Source: a virus
Strand: one strand, 5' to 3'
Virus record (IMG/VR): IMGVR_UViG_3300012953_000020
Location: 1 to 64,000 of that record
DNA length: 64,000 nt
The position numbers and the translations under genes were made by a program. Positions 17,982-29,356 of this stretch are shown here, piece by piece. The notes under the pieces were generated by a model, which saw only the letters and a list, made by a program, of their open reading frames with translations, was not told the origin of the DNA and searched no databases. The stretch's first letter is position 1. Every line of letters begins with the position of its first letter.

Positions 17982-18746
17982 CTACTGGAATCTTATTGGG
18001 ATTGTAATGTGATGCTGGATCCCTGTCAGTAATCCAGTCACCACGACAACCGTTGTTACCACCCCTTGTGAGTCCCCAAAAGTGTTAAAGACTGTTTGGT
18101 TTAAGGATGATTTTGCCCTTAAAACAATAGAGATACCCGGGGTCGCTGCAGTGCTAGCGTCATTTCCATCTCTAGAAATATTTGCTGAAGCCCTGTAGGT
18201 AGCCATCTGGTCTCTTTCAGATATATAAGCTGCCGGTAAAATACCCGCACCAGTGCTCACAGTCAAAAACCTGTTTGAAGCCTTGATCATAAAAACTGAT
18301 TCTTGTAAGTCTATCGGTATTGAACCACCCTGTACTCGGTCACCAGAACCAACTGTTTGTGATAAGTTGATGGTTCTCGATGGGCGGCGACCCTGGCGGG
18401 TTAATGCTTGAGCGTCTTGGTATACAGTGGACGTTGAATTACCTTGATCAACATTCACGAGACTCGGGATGAACGTTTCGACCTGACTTGACATACTCAA
18501 GAGCTTGTATTTTAAGCCTAAGTTTGAACTAGTTTGAGCTTCGAATATAGGAGTATTTTTCTCAATTTTTTCGCGGCCTACAGTTAGTCCGAACTTCTTG
18601 ATTATCTCATAGTCAATTTCATCATCGCCTAAGGCAAATTTCACAATAGAAAAAGAGCCGTCATTCTGAGACAGTCTCTTTCTACCTAAATCAGTTAAGA
18701 CAGCATCCACTATAATGTTGTTAGTGCTGTGATCTAAAAATCCCAT
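17982..18746 (-). CDS. Putative virion structural protein, 254 aa
   Basis: N-terminal DAVLTDLGRKRLS...IVKFALGDDEIDY; AGGAG SD. Confidence 0.7.
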   Translation of the reverse strand: MGFLDHSTNNIIVDAVLTDLGRKRLSQNDGSFSIVKFALGDDEIDYEIIKKFGLTVGREKIEKNTPIFEAQTSSNLGLKYKLLSMSSQVETFIPSLVNVDQGNSTSTVYQDAQALTRQGRRPSRTINLSQTVGSGDRVQGGSIPIDLQESVFMIKASNRFLTVSTGAGILPAAYISERDQMATYRASANISRDGNDASTAATPGISIVLRAKSSLNQTVFNTFGDSQGVVTTVVVVTGLLTGIQHHITIPIRFQ

Positions 18747-18770
18747 ATTTTTCTCCTGATTTATACTTTC

Positions 18771-18777
18771 TAAATAT
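18771..18777 (-). promoter_or_regulatory. Candidate late-promoter motif ATATTTA
   Basis: 24 nt before the ATG of the 254-aa gene. Confidence 0.5.
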
Positions 18778-18830
18778 ACCTAGGCACAAAAAACAGTAAA
18801 ATTTAATATGCTGTGCCTCGGAAGGTAAAC

Positions 18831-21143
18831 TTAACTCTTTAAATTCTGGCTGGACAAGCCCATCAAGTGCGCAACCTCTGCTAATTCCTTTTCATCCTGA
18901 ACAACTTCAAGATGATCATTTATTTGATACCTTAGTACGACATCGTTAGCTCTGTCTGGATTAATTATCTGTAAGAAGTAGCAATTTGAACTGTCACCAT
19001 CATCATCCTCTGAGATTCCGTGTACTATCTTCTTGTTAGCGCCGTCTATCTCAACTGATTTATAGTCAGGCCTAAATCTAAGCGTAGCGCGCTTGTATCT
19101 GGCTGTCCTAGCGACATCTTCAAATGCTTTTCCTTTTATAAAAAAGTTAGGTAAAGCCAAAGGAGCACCAGGAGGCGAAATTTGTTGCACACTTAACTTG
19201 TAGAGACGACTATCAAGCCTTATTTTGAGTTGAGCGCTATAATTTGACATCTGTCCGTGAGCGTCAATAGCACAGACAGTGTAAATGTAGTCAGTGTCAG
19301 GCTTGAAATTACGATCTTTGTACATCGTGTTCGGTTCACCGGGTCTTAATCGTTTTATCTTATTAAGAGTATCAGGGGTCTCCGATCTTGTGAACCGTCC
19401 CTTATCATGACCAAATATTCTCGCTTTTATTTCATTAGCGCTCTGTAACGGATCTGAAATAGAATAGTTAAAATCGTAAACCCTCAATAGTTGAAATGGT
19501 TCGTATATCGATTTTCTCCTGAATATTGCAAAATAAGTTACGTCTCGCTGTTTGTTTACAGGAAAAGCCCAGTGAAGCGCCAGAGCGCCGTCTTCGTCAG
19601 TGTAATATTCATGAAATGCCCAAACGTCCCTAGGATAGGGTGGGGGTTCGAGCTCTCTAGTCTCTATTGTTAGTACAGTAGAATACGGGGAATTCATAAA
19701 GTAGTGAAACCTCTTGTTCACAACCCCGTTAGCTTCCTCAACAGGAACGTCTAAACTAAACGAAAAAACAGCTCGGATAGTGTAGTCATATTCTTTATCA
19801 TAATTAATCGCAGCGTCTACATAGCTAGTGGCCATGCTACCTACGTTACAAGGTACAAAAATTAAAGGAAATTTTTCATAAGCCCACTTTACCTCATCTT
19901 CTTCAGCACTGTTTTCTGTCTCGACACGCTGAGTTTTTTCTATCACAAACCCAACGATCCTAAAATCAAGCTCTGCAGTACCTGGTGACCTATTCAAGTC
20001 TTCTATATCGTACGGGTATGAATTATTGACTATATGCTCCAAAGGACCCACTGTCCTTGTGCCTGATTCTACGATGTCATTAAAGCCAACAGAAGAACCA
20101 ATACTCACCCCAGCTTTTACTAAGACTTCTTGCCAATGAGCAATGCTTCTTACTCTTGATTGCATTCCCAGCAATAACCCTGAGTTGTTTTTTGAAGCAG
20201 CCGTTATTGACCAAGCATGATCTGTGTTTAAAACAATGGTAGTGTCTTCCGGAAGCGTTCTGTCCCAAGTTGGGAAATTCAAGTTCTCTAACAAGGCGCT
20301 ATCGTACACCTGGGCTTGAGCCACATCTATCTCTTCCGCCATGTTCGAATTATTAAAATCATCAGCAACCGCGCTGAGATCTTGAGAATCTATGTTATAT
20401 TCGACGCGTCTAAAACTCGTTGAATCTACGTCTATATCAGGTACGTACGTTTCAAAACCAGGACCAGAAAAGTTCTTATATTTTTTATCTGCGTCTACTA
20501 TATCTCTATATAAAAACTCCATTCTTTGCTGAAAGTTTGTTGAGTCTAGCTCTTCTGCAAACCAGTTATTCACAGGCTGGCCATCCGGATCAAAACTAAA
20601 CATGTCTAGATATTCGTTCGTTACTCGAACATAATCCTGTTGATGTAACTCGAAATTCTCCATGCTGATTGGTGTGATGTTATAAGATGTGTTGCCTCTA
20701 TCAGATAGACCGCCCAAGTATTTAAACGCGTTAATCCTAGACTCGTCAGCAATTTTAAAGTCGCCTTCAAAGCCAGGGGGAGGTGACCACGTAAGTCTTA
20801 TGTAAGAAGGAATCATGTTACTGGATATTCTTTCCCAATGAGCCTGGCCTCTAACTTGTTCACCTGTTATGTCCTTTATCGCTGTATCTACTAAACTATT
20901 AGGAGCCGTCTGGTAGGTTGAATTATGAAAATTGTAACGCTTTCTTTCATCTAAAGTGAAGAAATTATAGATAAAAAGGTTTTCAAAGTTTAGATTCTTA
21001 ACGTCAGCCTTAATATCTTGTAGATTGGTCCCTGACGTGAGCGGAGATCTCCACGCTGGAGGCTTTGAGACAGCAATCACTACAGCCTTAGAATATTTTG
21101 ACTTATTCCCGTCAAAACCATTTCTTGAAAACATATTACTCAT
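18831..21143 (-). CDS. Putative virion protein with fibronectin type III-like domains, 770 aa
   Basis: IRLTWSPP; YVDAAINYDKEYDYTIRAV; ALHWAFP...FAIFRR...YKDRNFKPDTDYIYTVCAIDAHGQMSNYS. Confidence 0.7.
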   Translation of the reverse strand: MSNMFSRNGFDGNKSKYSKAVVIAVSKPPAWRSPLTSGTNLQDIKADVKNLNFENLFIYNFFTLDERKRYNFHNSTYQTAPNSLVDTAIKDITGEQVRGQAHWERISSNMIPSYIRLTWSPPPGFEGDFKIADESRINAFKYLGGLSDRGNTSYNITPISMENFELHQQDYVRVTNEYLDMFSFDPDGQPVNNWFAEELDSTNFQQRMEFLYRDIVDADKKYKNFSGPGFETYVPDIDVDSTSFRRVEYNIDSQDLSAVADDFNNSNMAEEIDVAQAQVYDSALLENLNFPTWDRTLPEDTTIVLNTDHAWSITAASKNNSGLLLGMQSRVRSIAHWQEVLVKAGVSIGSSVGFNDIVESGTRTVGPLEHIVNNSYPYDIEDLNRSPGTAELDFRIVGFVIEKTQRVETENSAEEDEVKWAYEKFPLIFVPCNVGSMATSYVDAAINYDKEYDYTIRAVFSFSLDVPVEEANGVVNKRFHYFMNSPYSTVLTIETRELEPPPYPRDVWAFHEYYTDEDGALALHWAFPVNKQRDVTYFAIFRRKSIYEPFQLLRVYDFNYSISDPLQSANEIKARIFGHDKGRFTRSETPDTLNKIKRLRPGEPNTMYKDRNFKPDTDYIYTVCAIDAHGQMSNYSAQLKIRLDSRLYKLSVQQISPPGAPLALPNFFIKGKAFEDVARTARYKRATLRFRPDYKSVEIDGANKKIVHGISEDDDGDSSNCYFLQIINPDRANDVVLRYQINDHLEVVQDEKELAEVAHLMGLSSQNLKS

Positions 21144-24100
21144 TATGAATCACTCCCAACTTTACAAACGCTGACCCTTAAGGTTAGCGGATAAAGAGAA
21201 TTATCCAACACTGTTCCGTCTGGTAATTCATCGTCACCCCTAGCCAGATACGTCAATTGAGACTTTAACTCTTCGTAGTAGCCATCTGTCAAAAGTAACC
21301 TTGTTCCATCCTGCACAATTTTTGGAGATGTTTGATCATTTATCATAGAGTTTACGGCGTCTATCGGCTCTCCGTTTAGATTATCACGGCACTCTTGGGA
21401 AAGCTCAAAATCGCTAAGCTTGTAAGGAACCCCAACTATTCTGTCAAAAAGAAACCCATCCCTGAACTCTCTCATAACATTAGCAGAATACTCGTTAACA
21501 GCGGTTAAGATCTCGGCTGCCTGTAAGCTCTTTCTAGTTATTGGACTAGTAAACCTAAAAGGATACATTCTGGGATTGTCAGGGTCGTCTAGGTTTATTG
21601 AGTCCGATGCAAGCAGACCAAAGTCCACTTCGCCTGTAGACAGAAGTGACAGTCTACCGACACTGTCAGAGTGTGTTACTACATCTAGACCAACAAGATC
21701 TTTCAAGTTTTTTCTATCTAAAAAGTACTTTAAAATATGATGAATAGATCCTAAGCCTAACGAGCCGTCTTCACCTTGAGAGGCCTCTTTTATCTTCTCT
21801 ATCAAGATCATCGTATACTCGTTTATACGCTCTTGATAATTTCTTTCTTCTGGAAGCAGGCCCCCAGCATTTGATATATCGGGAATGTAGTCAGCAATTG
21901 GTGGATTGCTACCAAGCTTTGGAATCATAAACTCAAAAAAGTCCAAACCCAATACTCGACTAGCGTAGGTTTTAAGAAATACATCATAAAGATCATACCC
22001 ACTCTTCACAGTCAAGTTTTCAGAGCGCGATGGAATGAACTCTTCGGGAAGAGGATCCCTGTACTTAAAATTAGCGGTGTCGTTTAATGACATTACAGCC
22101 TGACCGCCGAGTAGCCTTTCTAAGGAAGAAGTCCTTAAATTACAGTTTCTTAGCTCTGTATCATCATAGCCAGACGTCTCAATAAGCGTCGGCATCGACC
22201 TACCTGGAGTAAAGACCCTGTACGGTTTTTCCCTGGACACAATCACAGGTTTCTTATGGTTAAACTTTAACCAAGGACGAAAAAAGTCAAATAGCTCAAG
22301 CTTTATCTCAAAATTAAGAACCTTTTCTTTATAAGCTTCTCTGCCTTCTTCCCAATCTTCTAGTCTATTACTTCCCGCGAGGTTACCTTGCCTGAACGTT
22401 CCGTCCCTGCTCAAGACACCGTAAGAAGTAGCAGGCGCATGAATCATTTTGTGAAGCTCACCGGCCTCAATGCCGATGAAGCAAACCCGGGTTTTGTTGT
22501 CATCAAAGACCTTTTCATTCGTGTCATCATACACAAACTCTCTTTCGAACCTTTTCCAGTCATCAATCTCCCTCGTGTTTGGTTTTAGACGTCTGGATTT
22601 TTGATCTTCCGCCATCTGTGATGGTACATCTATATCATAAGGAGATATCTTGAACGGAACCTGTGAAAAAGAGAATGGGTATAGCTCGATGCCTAGAGCC
22701 TTGGAGCGAATATCTCCGGGCTCGCCTTCACCGAGAGAGTATTGTTCCATGTGTAATCTATAGATTGCGTCTAAATTAGATATAATATCAGGTGTGATAC
22801 CAGAAAGACCGTTACTTTCTACAAATTTTGACACCTCATCTTGAATAACAGACTTTGTCATCTTGCCAGTCAGAGCCTTGTCGTTAGCTATATCTTCATC
22901 TGAAGGTGTTTTTAACATTTTGCTTAAAGCCCCTTCGTACAGCGACATACCCGCTCTAAACGAATCGTGTAGCATCTCTCCGTGATCTTCCATCGCGTAC
23001 AAATAAGTCAAAAATTGCTTTTCTAAAAGATGTACAGACTTTGTCCTGTCTTTCAAGAAACCGTCAGAAAAAGAATCACTGCGCGGATTTGATATATTCC
23101 CCACAGATTTCTCCCTAAGAAGATCCCAATTGAAGTCTACATAGGTGTCGCCCGGGATCACATCAATCTCACTACGCAATTTAAGGCTTAATTCTAGATA
23201 AGGAAATTGAATCATCCAATCATAAAAATAAGGGAATTTCCCTATCATCACTCTTAGCCAGCGAGCTTCATCAGCGGTGAGAGACTTGCGAGAAATAAAG
23301 GATTCTATGGCGTTTCGAAGGTTGTTAAAGAAACTAATCGCGAAAGGACGAGAAGCTTCAGAGACTTTTCTAGCAGACTCCCTAAAATAATCTTCAAGAT
23401 CGTTGTTCGTCATTCCCAAGAACTCTTCTGTCGGTACCGTCTGCGTGTAAGGTAGATGATCATCTGACAGAAGGTCTAAATCTAGTGCAGCAGACAGATG
23501 TCTAGACCAGTCATACCGAACAATAAGGGGAAGACTGGTATTTACATTATATGTGTCAGTAAGAACTTCAAGCCCAAGAGGCTCACCTGGTACATAAGGC
23601 CCATAGAACCTAGGACCACCAGAAGAAGCAAACTTAAACTGGATTGAAGACAACAAGGTCGGTCTAAGAGCTACAACCTGGGTCGCGTCGCGGCTAAGTC
23701 CTGCGTAAAGATCACTAATTGGTCTAGCTGTTGGGTGATCTGTTTCGTCCTCGTATATCGGGGTAGTGCTATAATGGGACCACAGCGATCCATTTCTAGC
23801 TAAGTAAAGCTCAATTCGAATTTTCGGATCGTCTGTTTGAGTTGTGACTCTGTCCAGCTTATTCGTCAACTCGAACTCCGGGAACTCAAACCTGAAGCTG
23901 TAATTAGGATCCCCGTTATGAGGGTTCGCGTAAGTACCCACCTTACGTCTAAAACCTTTACCGTCATAGTGCGATGAAAAAATAGCCAGTGCAGGAGTTT
24001 GCGGTGTCTGTGTCCGATAATAATGGTGACTACCCCTACCATGGATTTTATTAGCGCTTAAGAGCGTCGGTGGGCTTGTACTTCTCCACTCCCAAAATTC

Positions 24101-27100
24101 ATCCCATTTTGAAGATGGTGTGCCACCAGATTGATCCCACCACTCGATCATTTCCCTTGGAAGAACATTCTCAAGGTTATTGTGAAAGACGTAACCTCGA
24201 CATCTTTCTTTTACTTCTGAATACAGCGCATCGGCGGGAATTCCGTCGAGGGAGTAACTAGTATGTCGGCTGGAAGTGTCTTGGTGTCCGTTTCCGAGTG
24301 AGTCTACTATCAACGGGTCACCGGCCATTAGGGGAGAACGATCCACCGCGAACGCTAGCATTGCAAACTGATATGCCAGGCCCTGCTTCTTATTTATCTC
24401 CGGAGGATTGCCACTGCCGAGTGGGATGATAGGGGCGTACATCCGTTGAGAAATATCACTACCCAGACTATTGAACCCAGTGTCCAAAGGATCTTGGACG
24501 ATTCTTCTCGTGTCAAGTACCGCGCCGCTTTGGTTTCGGCGCTGTTCTAGTGTTGTGCACCCGGATCCATCAAGAAACGTCGCAGCGACGCTCGCAAGGT
24601 CTGTGAATATACTTCTGACGTATTGAAATCCTCCATACTCGTAATTGTAATGTTGCACATCGTTTATCGGGCCAAGAATCTGGCCATCCCATGGATTATT
24701 AATACTGAGTGGTGGGTTTGAATTTACTCGATAAGCTTTAGCAAACTGATATGTCGTTTTCTTAATGCTGAACTCAACAGTCAGTTTATACCTGGTCTTT
24801 TGTACCGGAGGCTCAAGCTTTACGAATCTAAACTCGGGATGGCTAGTAGTCTGTTGTCTGAGCATTTGATCAAAATTAGCTCTATCGCTCTGGTTCTTTA
24901 AGACCTGCATTTTTTCTTGCATTTTTCTATTTTTTTGCAACATCTTAGCGTAGATCTTCGGAGGAGTAAGAGCTAAATTTTTCTTGTAGTACTCGTTCAA
25001 AGCCTCGAAACCCTGACCGTCTGTTTGGGTCTCTTCAGAAATCATCCCGGCACCGAAGTCCGCAGGTGTGCCGGAAAACTGGTTTAGCACGCCAGAAGTG
25101 GTAGCTTGCTTGTTAAGCCCGCTGGGATCATTATTCACTTGAAAATTAGAATTAAACAGAGCGCCATCTACAGCTTGAAAATTTCCTTGAGTCACTTCTA
25201 TGTTATAAACAAATCCAAAGCAAGAATTTGGGATCGCCGGTAAGCTAGAAAATGCAGTTACGCGGTTGCCTGTTCTTTCGTCAAGAATTGTGTCGTCCAT
25301 TGTATAGTCTGGGTGGTATACAATTCTTGAGTCCTGATTGTAGGGCATCATAGTGTTTTGGTGCTGTCTCTCTGTTCTAAGCATAAAAATGTTAAAGTCT
25401 CTATCACCCTGAATACCGAGTGAGGGGCCGCCTCTATTTGAAATAGTCCCCGTCGCTTTTGTTGTTCTAAGACCTAGTCTATCTTTAATCGCATTCGGGA
25501 TTAATATATTAGGATCTTTGTCTGCGTTACCAGTTCGTATTTTACTCGGATCAGCATTTTTCATGAAGCGAATAGCGTGATAAGCAAAATCGTTCTCTAT
25601 AGAAACATGGTCCAGAAAACCTAGTCGTATATTCTTGGCAAGCTGCTCTAAAGGAACAGAGGGATCTGCACTCTTTTTTCTTAGTCTTAGCTTAAACTCT
25701 GGCTCTTTAGCCACTTCTTTCTCAGCTAGTGCAAAAAAAGCAGCGGCATGAGTTGTCATATTGAATACGTCGTCTACTAAGCCGCGTTTTCGTTGCTCTG
25801 CTTCTTCAAAAGTACTGGCTCCAAAAAGTCCTATCGCTCGATTTATGTTTGTGCTCGCAGTCTTCGAGTTTTGGTTTGGCTCGTATACGCTAGGCGGTAG
25901 ATATGAGTCGAGGTTGCGTCTTACTCTTCTTAGCGTTGCATCTAGCCCACCAGACCAGATATTACTTCTCGCCAAACTGTAAACATCATCAAGCTCTGTG
26001 TATTCTGATTCAGGTTCAAACGCGGCGTGGTGGTGTGTAGAGCGACGAGTCGCGCGATCAAACTCAACATCGAGCTCTACATCTGGTAATTGATCTATGA
26101 TCTGATCAGCTATTACACAGTAGCCCCAGACTACGTCAAATAATTCTCTTTGAGTCATGTCGACGTTTCCACTATCATCCATCAGACTTAGAGAGTCTAA
26201 GATTCCGTGGGCATTTGTCTCGAAAGATGACAAAAACTGTGGATTAAACATTTCTCCAGAAGTTTCAGGAGGAAAGCCGAAGAACAGTTGTGCACATATA
26301 TTTTCAGAAAACGCTATGAGAAGGTTTTTGGTCCTATCAAACGGTAATATGTGGTGTCTTAGCCCTTCTAAAGCGGCATCCTTAAAGCTGTCGGAAACAT
26401 CCCCGTCAGAATCAGAAATTTCAGCCGATGCAAACCCAGTTGACATTGCAGGACCACCTGCGACTTGACCTCTTACACCCACCACATCACCGTTCTCAGT
26501 GGCAAAACTAACAGCGTTTGTTTCTTCGAAGTAGGTCATCTGGCTATCTCTAGCTGTGTAGTAGTGGCCAATACGATCAGCTCTATCATCTTGATATCCG
26601 CCGCCCCCGTCAAAGAAGTCCTGGATAACGTACGCCCAGTTTTGCTTATCTGGGCTGGCATGAGTATCCAAAAATGTCTTCGCGTCTAAAGCGTATTGCC
26701 TTCTCAGCTGTTGTGTGTTTAAACCATGATCCCTAGTGTCCAAGCGAGTAAGTCGATTCATAAGATCATACATGATGTCGCTATATGTATTAAGCGCATT
26801 CTCCATCGTACCAGGTATGTGACTTATTCTATCGTGCAAAGAAACCACATCGTCAAAAGCACCATGAAGTGGGCCTCCTGAGTTTGTACTAAAGACTACT
26901 TTCTTTATTCTGCTCAGGATGTGCTTATTAACTTTTGTTTTCTCTGATAAAGTCGCAGTCGAAAAAGAAACGGGTCCCGGGCTTATTCCTGCAACTTCAA
27001 AGAAATCAGAGACATTATTACCGGGTTCGCCAACAAAAGAAGTAACGCCTAATCTTATCCTATATTCATCAAACAAAGCGTCAGCAATACCCGGGATTTT

Positions 27101-29356
27101 TCTTCCTTGCATCCTTTGGCTTTCGACAGTAGATCTCTGAAAGAAGAATGGGAGGTTGATGTCGTCTCCGCCGGCGACTTCAGATAGCTGCAGCAGAATA
27201 CAGAAAAATATATACTCCCTCCTAAGACTACTCGGAGTCGCCTTCGTGAATGTAGTGTTTAACAGTGAGATCAAGTCGTCGGATACTTGTCTTTTATCAT
27301 TTAAGAAGCCTGCGTAAATGCTTGTGTCCTCTGACATTGTTTGGCCTGTTGACGCTTCGGATATTATCAGCGCGTCTTGAGACTCTTCAACTCTATTACC
27401 GTAAATATCTAAAGCGTTTCTCTCTCGAGAACCAGCATTACTCGGAAGTTTTTGGTTCAATACCTTTATTTTGTAAAAATGATCTGAGTATCCTGAACTA
27501 GTTGCTGTTCTGTAGGATTTCTCTAGGGCAGCGTTCATTATAGTTTGCCCAACTATCCCCCGAGTGAGATGAGCCACAATATTTCTATGATCTATTAGTA
27601 ATAGCGCTTTCTTAAGGCTGAGGCTGTCAGACTCTGATATTGGGCAAAATTGGTTTATTAAAGATCTGTTTAGAGCAGCCAGACTTTTAGGACCGTAATC
27701 AAAAGTAAATTTTCTTAGCTGCTCTTTTTGTTTTTCTAAATCCTCATCGCTTGATTTTGAGTCCGATCTTAACGAGCTAAATAGCTGTAGTGCCACGCCC
27801 TTCTTAAGATTGAAGATATCAGGCATAGTTAAGAAATGATTGATCTCCCCTTTCGGGCCGCGGCCTACAAAGTCACTAATCAGATAAGGAGCAATCGTTA
27901 CCAAGTTATCCTCATCTAACGCGTGTACTCTCAGCATTAGTTTCTGTATATCGTCATGAACGTAGTTATCGTGAATGTCAGGTATTACCGTCTTGCCCTC
28001 GGCTATCGAGTTAGGACCTTTCGAAAACACCCTGGAGTTTGGGTATCTCTTAATCCAAAGTGCTTTTAGAAGCTTCTTTCTGATTCTTAAGGATTTTGAA
28101 TATACATCATCGTTTACGTCGAAGTGATTGAGCTGAAAGAGAGACCCGTTTTTTGATAAAGTATTCCAGGGTTTTAACTTTCCCTGATACTCGTCATACC
28201 GCGTTACATCAAACCAATTCGGGGTTTCTCCGCCATGTAGATCAGTTCTTGAGTCTTCGTCTCTGTACGTAAATGTGCCATCTTTTAAATACGTAGATAT
28301 TAATCTTGTCGTCTCTATAACAGACTTTATGAACCCTTGCTGATTGTCCGGATCATGTAGTCTAAGATTTAAATACTTTCCAGTCTCTTTAGGAATGAAA
28401 GTAAATCCATGAGGAATGTTTTGATTTGACTGTTGTTTAAGATCTCGCTTCAAGTTTACACGTCTGGCTATTCTTTTTGCCGCAGCCACTATTGGAGAGC
28501 TGTCATCTTGTAAAGCGTCACCGTCAAAGTAGGTGTGCATATAAGTCGTGATATCCATAACTCTGTTTAGATTGTCACCTCTAACTTTGGCGAAAGGGTT
28601 TAAGGTGAAAATCAAAGTTATAAAATCTTCCAGATAATACAGGTCAGTGTAACCTTGTATTAGATTGCTCAGAACCCATCGGTTTATTTTAGAATTAAAA
28701 GCCTCGAGGGTCGGCTGGTGTAAAGGGTAAGGAGAGATATTACCGCTCGTCTGCGGTGAGGCAGCCGCGGTGTTAAAAACAGATGATAGTTTATCGTCAG
28801 ATAATTCACGAAGATCGTTATTAGTCCCCTCAGGGCCTAGCACTATTTCAGTTATTAAAGAATTGGCAACCCAGTCCCTCCAGGCTCTAGCATTCGTGTT
28901 TCTCGACCATACCCTAGCAGCCCCAGAGTCCGCTTCGTTTGCCAAATTGACTGAGTTATTGAGGGTCGCATAATCAAAATCAGCTAATATTTGTGCTGGT
29001 CGTCTTTGATTCTGGCCTTTCAGGAACATTTGACCTTTAGGTTTCGACAAATAACTGATAAAATCGTTATCTTCATAATTGAAATCGCTTTGGTGACCTG
29101 CGATCAGTGCATTAGAACTAGGAGCTATTAAAAAGCTTTTGTCTGCGAGCGGACCTGAAATTACATTGCCGCTGTAAGGAACCTTTATAGCTGGAAGTTG
29201 TATCGGCGTAAACACAAGCAGCGGTACGTCTATTTTTATGCTTTTCTTGTTAAGCTTCAGGCCTTTGTGCACTTTAGAGCTTACGCCAGAGCTCTTAAAT
29301 GACTTTTGAGATTTGCTGACTCCGGTGATCGAGCCTAACCCTTTTTTTATTGCCAT
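21143..29356 (-). CDS. Very large hypothetical protein, 2737 aa
   Basis: 8.2 kb open frame abutting both neighbours; no recognisable motif. Confidence 0.85.
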   Translation of the reverse strand: MAIKKGLGSITGVSKSQKSFKSSGVSSKVHKGLKLNKKSIKIDVPLLVFTPIQLPAIKVPYSGNVISGPLADKSFLIAPSSNALIAGHQSDFNYEDNDFISYLSKPKGQMFLKGQNQRRPAQILADFDYATLNNSVNLANEADSGAARVWSRNTNARAWRDWVANSLITEIVLGPEGTNNDLRELSDDKLSSVFNTAAASPQTSGNISPYPLHQPTLEAFNSKINRWVLSNLIQGYTDLYYLEDFITLIFTLNPFAKVRGDNLNRVMDITTYMHTYFDGDALQDDSSPIVAAAKRIARRVNLKRDLKQQSNQNIPHGFTFIPKETGKYLNLRLHDPDNQQGFIKSVIETTRLISTYLKDGTFTYRDEDSRTDLHGGETPNWFDVTRYDEYQGKLKPWNTLSKNGSLFQLNHFDVNDDVYSKSLRIRKKLLKALWIKRYPNSRVFSKGPNSIAEGKTVIPDIHDNYVHDDIQKLMLRVHALDEDNLVTIAPYLISDFVGRGPKGEINHFLTMPDIFNLKKGVALQLFSSLRSDSKSSDEDLEKQKEQLRKFTFDYGPKSLAALNRSLINQFCPISESDSLSLKKALLLIDHRNIVAHLTRGIVGQTIMNAALEKSYRTATSSGYSDHFYKIKVLNQKLPSNAGSRERNALDIYGNRVEESQDALIISEASTGQTMSEDTSIYAGFLNDKRQVSDDLISLLNTTFTKATPSSLRREYIFFCILLQLSEVAGGDDINLPFFFQRSTVESQRMQGRKIPGIADALFDEYRIRLGVTSFVGEPGNNVSDFFEVAGISPGPVSFSTATLSEKTKVNKHILSRIKKVVFSTNSGGPLHGAFDDVVSLHDRISHIPGTMENALNTYSDIMYDLMNRLTRLDTRDHGLNTQQLRRQYALDAKTFLDTHASPDKQNWAYVIQDFFDGGGGYQDDRADRIGHYYTARDSQMTYFEETNAVSFATENGDVVGVRGQVAGGPAMSTGFASAEISDSDGDVSDSFKDAALEGLRHHILPFDRTKNLLIAFSENICAQLFFGFPPETSGEMFNPQFLSSFETNAHGILDSLSLMDDSGNVDMTQRELFDVVWGYCVIADQIIDQLPDVELDVEFDRATRRSTHHHAAFEPESEYTELDDVYSLARSNIWSGGLDATLRRVRRNLDSYLPPSVYEPNQNSKTASTNINRAIGLFGASTFEEAEQRKRGLVDDVFNMTTHAAAFFALAEKEVAKEPEFKLRLRKKSADPSVPLEQLAKNIRLGFLDHVSIENDFAYHAIRFMKNADPSKIRTGNADKDPNILIPNAIKDRLGLRTTKATGTISNRGGPSLGIQGDRDFNIFMLRTERQHQNTMMPYNQDSRIVYHPDYTMDDTILDERTGNRVTAFSSLPAIPNSCFGFVYNIEVTQGNFQAVDGALFNSNFQVNNDPSGLNKQATTSGVLNQFSGTPADFGAGMISEETQTDGQGFEALNEYYKKNLALTPPKIYAKMLQKNRKMQEKMQVLKNQSDRANFDQMLRQQTTSHPEFRFVKLEPPVQKTRYKLTVEFSIKKTTYQFAKAYRVNSNPPLSINNPWDGQILGPINDVQHYNYEYGGFQYVRSIFTDLASVAATFLDGSGCTTLEQRRNQSGAVLDTRRIVQDPLDTGFNSLGSDISQRMYAPIIPLGSGNPPEINKKQGLAYQFAMLAFAVDRSPLMAGDPLIVDSLGNGHQDTSSRHTSYSLDGIPADALYSEVKERCRGYVFHNNLENVLPREMIEWWDQSGGTPSSKWDEFWEWRSTSPPTLLSANKIHGRGSHHYYRTQTPQTPALAIFSSHYDGKGFRRKVGTYANPHNGDPNYSFRFEFPEFELTNKLDRVTTQTDDPKIRIELYLARNGSLWSHYSTTPIYEDETDHPTARPISDLYAGLSRDATQVVALRPTLLSSIQFKFASSGGPRFYGPYVPGEPLGLEVLTDTYNVNTSLPLIVRYDWSRHLSAALDLDLLSDDHLPYTQTVPTEEFLGMTNNDLEDYFRESARKVSEASRPFAISFFNNLRNAIESFISRKSLTADEARWLRVMIGKFPYFYDWMIQFPYLELSLKLRSEIDVIPGDTYVDFNWDLLREKSVGNISNPRSDSFSDGFLKDRTKSVHLLEKQFLTYLYAMEDHGEMLHDSFRAGMSLYEGALSKMLKTPSDEDIANDKALTGKMTKSVIQDEVSKFVESNGLSGITPDIISNLDAIYRLHMEQYSLGEGEPGDIRSKALGIELYPFSFSQVPFKISPYDIDVPSQMAEDQKSRRLKPNTREIDDWKRFEREFVYDDTNEKVFDDNKTRVCFIGIEAGELHKMIHAPATSYGVLSRDGTFRQGNLAGSNRLEDWEEGREAYKEKVLNFEIKLELFDFFRPWLKFNHKKPVIVSREKPYRVFTPGRSMPTLIETSGYDDTELRNCNLRTSSLERLLGGQAVMSLNDTANFKYRDPLPEEFIPSRSENLTVKSGYDLYDVFLKTYASRVLGLDFFEFMIPKLGSNPPIADYIPDISNAGGLLPEERNYQERINEYTMILIEKIKEASQGEDGSLGLGSIHHILKYFLDRKNLKDLVGLDVVTHSDSVGRLSLLSTGEVDFGLLASDSINLDDPDNPRMYPFRFTSPITRKSLQAAEILTAVNEYSANVMREFRDGFLFDRIVGVPYKLSDFELSQECRDNLNGEPIDAVNSMINDQTSPKIVQDGTRLLLTDGYYEELKSQLTYLARGDDELPDGTVLDNSLYPLTLRVSVCKVGSDS

